In this document: positions 7,619-13,752 of the stretch, piece by piece
Numbering within the stretch: the stretch's first letter is position 1
How the letters are laid out: every line of letters begins with the position of its first letter
Assembly (NCBI GenBank): GCA_032128375.1
Contig: JAQBGU010000223.1
Span: 1-16,570 of the forward strand
Direction of reading: 5' to 3'
DNA from: Deltaproteobacteria bacterium
Lineage (GTDB): Bacteria > Myxococcota_A > UBA9160 > SMWR01
DNA: 16,570 nucleotides
Notes under the pieces: generated by a model
The model's input: only the letters and a program-made list of their open reading frames with translations
Told to the model about the DNA's origin: nothing
The model's database searches: none
Program-made: the position numbers and the translations under genes

Positions 7619-8395
7619 TTGGGACTCAAAGCCAGGAAACAACACAAGGAGCAACACAAGAAACAACCACAGAGCACACAGAAATTGCAGTTCGACGAGA
7701 TCGATACCCCGATCGGGGTGGTGATCGTCGCTGCGAAATCCGGTTTGCTGTACGCGTTGGATTTCGCCGATTGTTTCGGTCGGCTGAACCGCCTGTTGGT
7801 GGCCAGGTTTGGCCCAGTGACGCTGGATCGCGCCGCGGATCCCGGCGGTTTCTCATCGCGGGTCAGGTCCTACTTCGGGGGAGAAATCGACGCGCTCCAG
7901 GATGTACCGGTGGAGATGGCGGGCACGCCGTTTCAGCGGATCGTCTGGGCCGCGTTGCGCCAGGTGCAACCTGGAAGTACCGCGAGTTACGGCGAGCTTG
8001 CTGCATCGATCGGCCGCACCGGGGCGGCGCGCGCAGTCGGGTCCGCCAACGCGACCAACCCGATCGCACTCGCGGTCCCGTGCCATCGCATCGTCGGGTC
8101 TGATGGATCGCTCACGGGCTATGCCGGAGGCATTGATCGGAAGCGCTGGCTATTGGAACACGAATCTGCGCCATCGCTTCACGCCCGCGCTCGAAGCGTT
8201 CGGAAGACGAAGGGCGAAGGAATCGTCCAGGCGGCTTTCGAAGCAACGCGGCTTGAAACGGAGCGCCCGGGGATTGTCGCAGAAAGGGCTCCCAGCGCGG
8301 ATGATCCGCTCTGGGAGCCCGGGCGCCGCGAAGCTCAGATTTTTCGGAAACCTCAAGTGGGTGGGGGGACGGGACCGGTCTCCAAGCCTCTCTGA
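7619..8395 (+). CDS. ogt: Methylated-DNA--[protein]-cysteine S-methyltransferase (Ogt-type)
   Basis: GTPFQRIVWAAL, SYGELA, ARAVGSANATNP, active-site PCHRIV, LTGYAGGIDRKRWLLEHE. AAGGAG RBS sits upstream of TTG 7619. Domain similarity ends near 8164 and an ~76-aa tail follows. Confidence 0.92.
   Translation: MGLKARKQHKEQHKKQPQSTQKLQFDEIDTPIGVVIVAAKSGLLYALDFADCFGRLNRLLVARFGPVTLDRAADPGGFSSRVRSYFGGEIDALQDVPVEMAGTPFQRIVWAALRQVQPGSTASYGELAASIGRTGAARAVGSANATNPIALAVPCHRIVGSDGSLTGYAGGIDRKRWLLEHESAPSLHARARSVRKTKGEGIVQAAFEATRLETERPGIVAERAPSADDPLWEPGRREAQIFRKPQVGGGTGPVSKPL
7637..7681 (+). repeat. Imperfect 12-bp A/C-rich tandem repeat at the 5' end of ogt
   Basis: aaacaacacaag, gagcaacacaag, aaacaaccacag, agcacacag, encoding KQHK EQHK KQPQ STQ. 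Confidence 0.6.
8281..8320 (-). terminator. Intrinsic terminator-like hairpin for a minus-strand transcript
   Basis: 8286-8320 is a near-perfect 35-bp palindrome (16 of 17 positions complementary). On the minus strand it is followed directly by TTTCT (8285-8281), a short U-tract. Confidence 0.65.
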
Positions 8396-8480
8396 GCGAA
8401 TTGCGACGTCCTCCTATGCGGGCAAAGTAGGAAGCATCGAGGGGTTCCACAGTGAAGTAGTTCACAATCCGAGCGATTCT
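8281..8480 (-). ncRNA. Candidate structured small RNA with C-rich apical loop (5' end approximate)
   Basis: Hand-folded stems: 8452-8456/8461-8465; 8410-8416/8428-8434; nested 8324-8329/8403-8408, 8333-8339/8391-8397, 8344-8352/8377-8385 closing loop GGUCCCGUCCCCCCACCCACUUGA; then the terminator hairpin. Four positions are G-U on minus but C-A mismatches on plus. Confidence 0.55.
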
Positions 8481-8530
8481 GTCCAGCTTTCGCGCAACCC
8501 CGTGCCGGAAGCCCGCAACCTAGAGCAGGC

Positions 8531-8557
8531 TAAAGGATTCGCAACCAAAGTCCGAAT
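8531..8557 (+). promoter_or_regulatory. Possible sigma28(FliA)-like promoter upstream of the FecR-domain gene
   Basis: TAAA-N16-TCCGAAT compared with the consensus TAAA-N15-GCCGATAA. Spacing and -10 are imperfect. Confidence 0.25.
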
Positions 8558-8658
8558 TCGTCACTCGGGAGTTTGCCCGCGCTACGAGGTGTGAGGTTGC
8601 CACGGGTGCAGGAACAGACCGCCCGCTCGCCAACAGACGATTCGACCGGGGAGAAGGC

Positions 8659-9525
8659 ATGCGCGGAAGACTGCGGCACAGAGTGCGAGTTGGCATTTGG
8701 ATCTCAATGGGATTGCTGTTTGGAGCGCCTGGAGTGTCTGCAGACGATAGTGCCGGTCAGATCACGGCTTCCACCGGCGTCATCGAAGGCGGGCAGCAGG
8801 GCGCGCTGGGCGAAGGAGAGCACGTCAGTCTCGGTGACGATGGCGGTTGCTCGATTCTGGTCGACGAGGATTCGCTGGTCGAGCTGTGTGGCGATACCTC
8901 GCTGGTTCTGCGCAAGGAAAAGGATCGCAGAATCGTAGCGCTCGACCGTGGCGAGATTCGCCTGGTGGTTGAACCCCGGTCCTTCGAGCAACGCGTCGAG
9001 ATTCACACGCCCGCGGCCGTCGCCACGTTGCTCGGGACGATCGTGCATGTCTCGGTCGACGAAGCTGGTGTAACGACGATCTCCTCCGCTGAGAGCAAGA
9101 TTTCGGTGCGCAGCAGTGATCCCCAGGTCCGAGGGACGACTGTGATCGATACCTCCGAACAGGTGACGGTCGCTCCGGGGCTGGCCCCGCCGGCTCAATC
9201 ACTTCGATTGAAACCCGAACAGATTGCCGAGCTCGGTGGCTGCCTGGTGGATTTTCATTCTGCCGCGATCGGCCGCGATGTTGCAGCCCACTCCATCGAA
9301 GTGACCGATCGCCTGGTTCTCTCCGATGCAGCCGCCTACGACGAGCGTTCGGGCGCGGATACGCAGAAATCCCCTGGCATTCGCATATCGGTCGACCCGA
9401 TTGTTGACGACCCGATCGCGTCGCAGGAGGGCGGATGCGACACGACGGAGTGTTCTCCGGACAGCATGGTCGAATTCGAGCAGGACGCCGTTGGACAATC
9501 GATGTACAACGGGCAGCGTTTTTGA
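8659..9525 (+). CDS. Secreted FecR-domain protein
   Basis: GGAGAAGG RBS and signal peptide (..PGVSA|DD). FecR-like beta motifs LDRGEIRLVV, VEIHTPAAVATLLGT and QVTVAPG. Acidic low-complexity C-tail. Confidence 0.75.
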   Translation: MRGRLRHRVRVGIWISMGLLFGAPGVSADDSAGQITASTGVIEGGQQGALGEGEHVSLGDDGGCSILVDEDSLVELCGDTSLVLRKEKDRRIVALDRGEIRLVVEPRSFEQRVEIHTPAAVATLLGTIVHVSVDEAGVTTISSAESKISVRSSDPQVRGTTVIDTSEQVTVAPGLAPPAQSLRLKPEQIAELGGCLVDFHSAAIGRDVAAHSIEVTDRLVLSDAAAYDERSGADTQKSPGIRISVDPIVDDPIASQEGGCDTTECSPDSMVEFEQDAVGQSMYNGQRF

Positions 9526-9555
9526 CGCACCCGCGTGTGACGAACCGAGTCCGGC

Positions 9556-9903
9556 CTACCGGCTCACAAGACGGCCGCCACGAATCGTACAATCGGACGC
9601 GCGGGTGAAGCTCACTTTTCCGTGGACGTCGCAGCGCACGATGCCGTTATCGGCGCCTGGTGGAGGCGGCTCTTCCTCGAGTGCGCTGCTCCACCATTTC
9701 GCCAGTTTTGCTTGCAACTCTGGCAGCTTCGATTCGGTTTCCGGGGTATTTTCGGCTTCGGCCTGCTTCGTTTTCTCGGAGCTATCAGCCGCCGAGTGTT
9801 CATCCATGAGGTCGATACCCTTCTGAATCTCGTCAAACACGAAGCAGCCGGACAAGGCCAGCGAAGCGAGTAGGGGCAGCAGTAGTAGGACGCGCGTCTT
9901 CAC
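9556..9903 (-). CDS. Hypothetical lipoprotein (~115 aa)
   Basis: From GTG 9903 (alternative ATG 9924): KTRVLLLLPLLASLALSGC gives a canonical LSGC lipobox. Charged linker, Pro run and a C-terminal Cys pair (IVRC...SDCTIRGG). Confidence 0.75.
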   Translation of the reverse strand: MKTRVLLLLPLLASLALSGCFVFDEIQKGIDLMDEHSAADSSEKTKQAEAENTPETESKLPELQAKLAKWWSSALEEEPPPPGADNGIVRCDVHGKVSFTRASDCTIRGGRLVSR

Positions 9904-10068
9904 CCCAGTCCCATCGACAGACATCGAGTCCAGATGAAGAAGGCTCTCCGCTGGAACACGGCGACACTCCGGATGGCGCATGCTGAGTGCCTCGATGTGC
10001 AACGAGCCTGCAATCAACACGCAATTGATGCGCATTTGATTCGGCGGGCGCCCCGGACGGGGTGGTAC

Positions 10069-11094
10069 TCAGCCGGTCTCTTCGAGCGCATGGAACGCTT
10101 CGAGCACACGCTCGTTGTCGCGGTGAGCGCCGATGCGTTCGATGTACAACGCGCGCTGCTGGACGGCGGCGAGCTTGGGCTGCTCAACGGTTGCCCAGTC
10201 GACAATGCCCCGCCACATCGTGTCCACCATCTCGCGTCCAGATACGCTGCCCCTGCTCTTGGCGTTGAACGTCAACTCTCGAATTTCACCGAGATACAGA
10301 CGCAAGGACGATACGTGGACGAGTTCGTCGGTGCGGATTCGACCGACGATCTCCGCCGCGTGTTCGGCATGGTTTCGCCGATCGATGAACAGCTCGGGGT
10401 CACGCAGCAGATCCTCGGTCATCGAAAACCCGCGTTCGGCCCTGAACTCGATCAGTAACAGGTTCAACAGGAAAAAGATCGTGCGCTCGATGGCGTTGGG
10501 GACTTCCGGAAACTGTTGTTGCTTCGTTTCGGGACGTCCGATGCTGTCGGGAACGATCGCATCCGGATAGTCGACCGCGCCGAATGCAAGGTCGCGCAAG
10601 GCGAACCACATCGCGTCGTGGCCACCGATTCCGGATTCCGGCTCGCCACCTTCGTCGATTCCGTGCGCGATCAGCAGCCCCTTGCCGAGGTGCCCGAGAG
10701 CCCGCTGGGCGAGATCGATCTCCACCGCGTCCTGGAAATCGGGGAAGCTCATCGTCGCGAGAATCTGGCCCCGCGCCTCGATCTTTCCGGTAATCGTCAG
10801 CGTGTTCCAGAAGGTCTGCCCGAGCCCTTCTTGAAGGAGCAACTTACTCTGTGCGAACGATGGGTAGCGAATGCCAGCGAGTAGCGACGAATCCGCTTCC
10901 AGCAGGTCGCCTCCTCGCTCGCGAAGTGCTGCGGTCCACGCCTCGATCGCCGGCCCTCGGTGCAGCAGGCGAGGGGGTATGTAGGTCCCGGTGGCGTCGA
11001 AGCCCCCATGGAGACGCGTATTCGCCTCGAACTGCGGGTTCGTGTAGTCGTGCGACTGCATGAGTTCTCGTTGGGTATAGACGAGCTGGGCCAT
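10069..11094 (-). CDS. Conserved-looking hypothetical protein, probable ferritin-like diiron-carboxylate protein
   Basis: ATG 11094 with AAGGAG upstream; 341 aa. Candidate ligands E106, DE148...H159, E216 and DE257xxH260, with symmetric 42/41-residue spacing. Confidence 0.7.
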   Translation of the reverse strand: MAQLVYTQRELMQSHDYTNPQFEANTRLHGGFDATGTYIPPRLLHRGPAIEAWTAALRERGGDLLEADSSLLAGIRYPSFAQSKLLLQEGLGQTFWNTLTITGKIEARGQILATMSFPDFQDAVEIDLAQRALGHLGKGLLIAHGIDEGGEPESGIGGHDAMWFALRDLAFGAVDYPDAIVPDSIGRPETKQQQFPEVPNAIERTIFFLLNLLLIEFRAERGFSMTEDLLRDPELFIDRRNHAEHAAEIVGRIRTDELVHVSSLRLYLGEIRELTFNAKSRGSVSGREMVDTMWRGIVDWATVEQPKLAAVQQRALYIERIGAHRDNERVLEAFHALEETG

Positions 11095-11225
11095 TCGAGG
11101 GGAGGCTCCTTGGATTGGGGAAGGCTCGAGGCATCGCCTAAAGGCTTGTGGGTTTGTGAAGCGAACTGTGGCGCGCCTCGCACCCACGGTACAACATCAC
11201 CGCCGCAGATAAACAACCGAACCGG

Positions 11226-12668
11226 CTACCCCAGCGCCGCGCGCGCCGCGTAGTAGCCGCACAGTCCATGGACGCCCCCACCGGGCGGCGTCGACGCCGA
11301 GCACAGCCAAATCCGTGGGTTAGGCGTCCGGTACGGAACCGCGCGCAACATGGGCCGGAAAAACAGCTGGCGCAGGTCGGCGGCGCCTCCAATCACATCG
11401 CCGCCCACGCAGTTCGGGTTGTAGTCCGCGAGCCAGGCGGGGGTCATTTTGTGACGCTCCAAAATCAAGTCTCGAAAGCCCGGTGCGAAGCGTTCCATTT
11501 GATTTTCGATCGCATCGGTCATGTCGTGTGTCGAACCATTGGGAACGTGGCAGTACGCCCAGCCCGTGTGCTTTCCCGCCGGCGCGCGCGATGTGTCGAA
11601 ACGACTCTGCTGACAAACCAACACATAGGGCCGGGCAGGGTGCAGGCCCTGGCCGATCGCACGTTCGCTCGACGCGATTTCCTCGAGGGTGCCGCCCAGG
11701 TGAACCGTTCCGGCGCGATGACAGGCTTCCGCACGCCACGGGATGGGACCCGACAGCGCCCAATCGAGCTTGAATACGCCGAAACCATAGCGGTAGCGAT
11801 CGAGACGCCGACGGTAGGAAACCGGCAGGTCGTTTGCGGCGATCCGGGAGAGTTCGCCTGGCCCGACATCGAACAGGACGGGCCCCTCGGTGGGGAGCTG
11901 CGCCATCGATGTCACTCGCACACCTGTTCGAATTTCACCTCCGAGTGATTTCAAGTAACTCGCCAGTGCGTCACTGATCGCCTGGGCCCCGCCCCGGGGC
12001 AGCGGCCAGCCATCGACATGCGCCGCGACGCCGAGCATCAGGCCGATCGCCGCGGATACGGGTTTCTCGAGGGGCAGCACGGAATGGCCCGCCAGACCAG
12101 CAAACAGTGCGCGGGCGTGGGCGCCCCGAAAGGCCGATCGCGCCAGTCCCGCGGCGGGACGAATTGCACGCAGTCCGAAGCGCGCCAACGCGAGCGGGTG
12201 TCGGGGGATGCCGACTGGCTTCATCGCGTCGGCGACGATCGCGCCCCAGCGGTCGACCAGGGGCTGAACCCAGCCTGGATAGACGGGCGAGTCGACCCCG
12301 AGCGACTCGGCTGTCTTTGCCACCGAGCGGTCGAGAATCGCCGCGGATCCATCATCCATCGGATGCGCGAGCGGGATGTCGGGATGGATCCATTGGAGGC
12401 CGTGGTCAGCGAGTGGCAGCGTGCGAAGATAGGGCGTCGCGACGGCCATCGGATGAACCGCGGAACACACATCGTGGCGAAAACCCGGGAGCGTGAGTTC
12501 AGCGGTACGGCAGCCGCCGCCGATGCTGTCGCGCGCTTCGAGTACCAGGACCGACCGGCCAGCACGCGCCAACTCTATGGCGCCGCTCAACCCATTGGGG
12601 CCGCTGCCCACCACTACCGCATCGAAGCGCTGCTGCGTCACAGCCCGGAAATAGCGGACTCGAGACAT
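11226..12668 (-). CDS. FAD-dependent oxidoreductase, phytoene dehydrogenase-like (COG1233)
   Basis: Rossmann motif DAVVVGSGPNGL..VLVLEARDSIGGG, ELTLPGFRHDVCSAVHP, C-terminal LCSASTPPGGGVHGLCGYYAA. Start is ATG 12668 or GTG 12641. Confidence 0.92.
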   Translation of the reverse strand: MSRVRYFRAVTQQRFDAVVVGSGPNGLSGAIELARAGRSVLVLEARDSIGGGCRTAELTLPGFRHDVCSAVHPMAVATPYLRTLPLADHGLQWIHPDIPLAHPMDDGSAAILDRSVAKTAESLGVDSPVYPGWVQPLVDRWGAIVADAMKPVGIPRHPLALARFGLRAIRPAAGLARSAFRGAHARALFAGLAGHSVLPLEKPVSAAIGLMLGVAAHVDGWPLPRGGAQAISDALASYLKSLGGEIRTGVRVTSMAQLPTEGPVLFDVGPGELSRIAANDLPVSYRRRLDRYRYGFGVFKLDWALSGPIPWRAEACHRAGTVHLGGTLEEIASSERAIGQGLHPARPYVLVCQQSRFDTSRAPAGKHTGWAYCHVPNGSTHDMTDAIENQMERFAPGFRDLILERHKMTPAWLADYNPNCVGGDVIGGAADLRQLFFRPMLRAVPYRTPNPRIWLCSASTPPGGGVHGLCGYYAARAALG

Positions 12669-12715
12669 TTTCGCTTGTCATCGTCGGGCCAGTTCTCCGG
12701 CGCAGCTCCGCTCTG

Positions 12716-13465
12716 CTAAACCGAGGTCTCGCCGAAGTCGGAACGGGAAACGAGTTGCTGGTACAGACGGGGAGGAAAGAATACGAGCCAGATCAGGCCA
12801 AGCGAGAAAATTTCCAGAACGCCCGTCAATCCGTCGAGGAACGCGGAGAATGCATTGTTGGTTTCAAAGTCCGCGTACATCTGCAGCAGTACGACCGATA
12901 GGGCAACCTGCACGAGCCCGAAAACGGACCAGAGCAGGAAGCGATTGCAAACCAACGGATCGCACAGCCCCAGTCGCTGACGGCGCAGCAAAGATCGATA
13001 CTGACCGAGCGCTTCCAGCCCTGCCCACGCAAAGGGGATCGTGTAGCCCACCCACTCGAACCAGAAAAACGGATTGCTGAGCGAAAAGCCTTCCCAATCG
13101 CCCATCATGGCAGAGACACCCACGCCGACGATGAGCAGGATGGACGTCGCGTAGACCATCCATGTCGACAACGGAGTGTCGCTTCGAAAGACCTCCCGTG
13201 TGAACATTGCGATCAAAACAGGCGCCGGGAGATAGATGACGCGCCCTGCAAAATTGAACGGTTTCCATAGAGCCTCGATCGGAATGGCCATCGGAACGAC
13301 GTAGAGAATGTACGAGACCCCGGAAAAGACGAACATGGCCGACAACAGCCGTTCGGGCCGCTCGCCCGTTCGCGAAGCGACTTGGCCCAATCGGAAACCC
13401 ACGATCAGGTAGAGAATTCCGGCGATCAGTTCGCCGATCCAGGCGCCGTCCAGCACAGTGCTCAT
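12716..13465 (-). CDS. Hypothetical stand-alone seven-transmembrane protein
   Basis: ~249 aa with seven hydrophobic segments by eye, no signal peptide and no soluble output domain. Start uncertain within 13468-13456. Confidence 0.8.
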   Translation of the reverse strand: MSTVLDGAWIGELIAGILYLIVGFRLGQVASRTGERPERLLSAMFVFSGVSYILYVVPMAIPIEALWKPFNFAGRVIYLPAPVLIAMFTREVFRSDTPLSTWMVYATSILLIVGVGVSAMMGDWEGFSLSNPFFWFEWVGYTIPFAWAGLEALGQYRSLLRRQRLGLCDPLVCNRFLLWSVFGLVQVALSVVLLQMYADFETNNAFSAFLDGLTGVLEIFSLGLIWLVFFPPRLYQQLVSRSDFGETSV

Positions 13466-13504
13466 CACCTCGGCGCCCGGCCATCATGCATTCCCGAAGG
13501 GGTC

Positions 13505-13541
13505 AAAAAAGAGACCGGCGCAACAGGGTTGTCGGTGTTTC
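13505..13541 (-). terminator. Weak intrinsic terminator-like element between sulP and the 7TM gene
   Basis: Minus strand gaaacACCGaCAACcctGTTGcgcCGGTctcTTTTTT: an interrupted stem followed by U6. Confidence 0.35.
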
Positions 13542-13752
13542 AGCTGGGGCACATAAGCGCGCCTCCGCAAAACGCAGAAATCCACATTTCAACTGGAGCG
13601 GCTCCGCTGACCCCGCGCGAGTGCCGGGCGGCAGGGACGCAGACGCGCAGGCAGCCGCCGAGGGGGATGGATCGCTTCGATGCGAGCTAGGTCGCAGGCC
13701 ACCTGGGCAGGCCCCGGAGAATTCCAACGGCAACGCGAGCCTGAGGCGTAAG

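Noticed and set aside
7433..7666. N-terminal extension of the LMF ORF with an apparent signal peptide (MFLVLLLVLF)
   Set aside because: The hydrophobic start is the antisense reading of the A/C-rich ogt repeat and overlaps ogt.
11226..12668. Calling this gene crtI
   Set aside because: Motifs fit the broader COG1233 group and no carotenoid genes are adjacent.
12716..13465. Microbial rhodopsin or heliorhodopsin
   Set aside because: No Schiff-base lysine in helix 7 and no RYxDW-type helix 3 motif.
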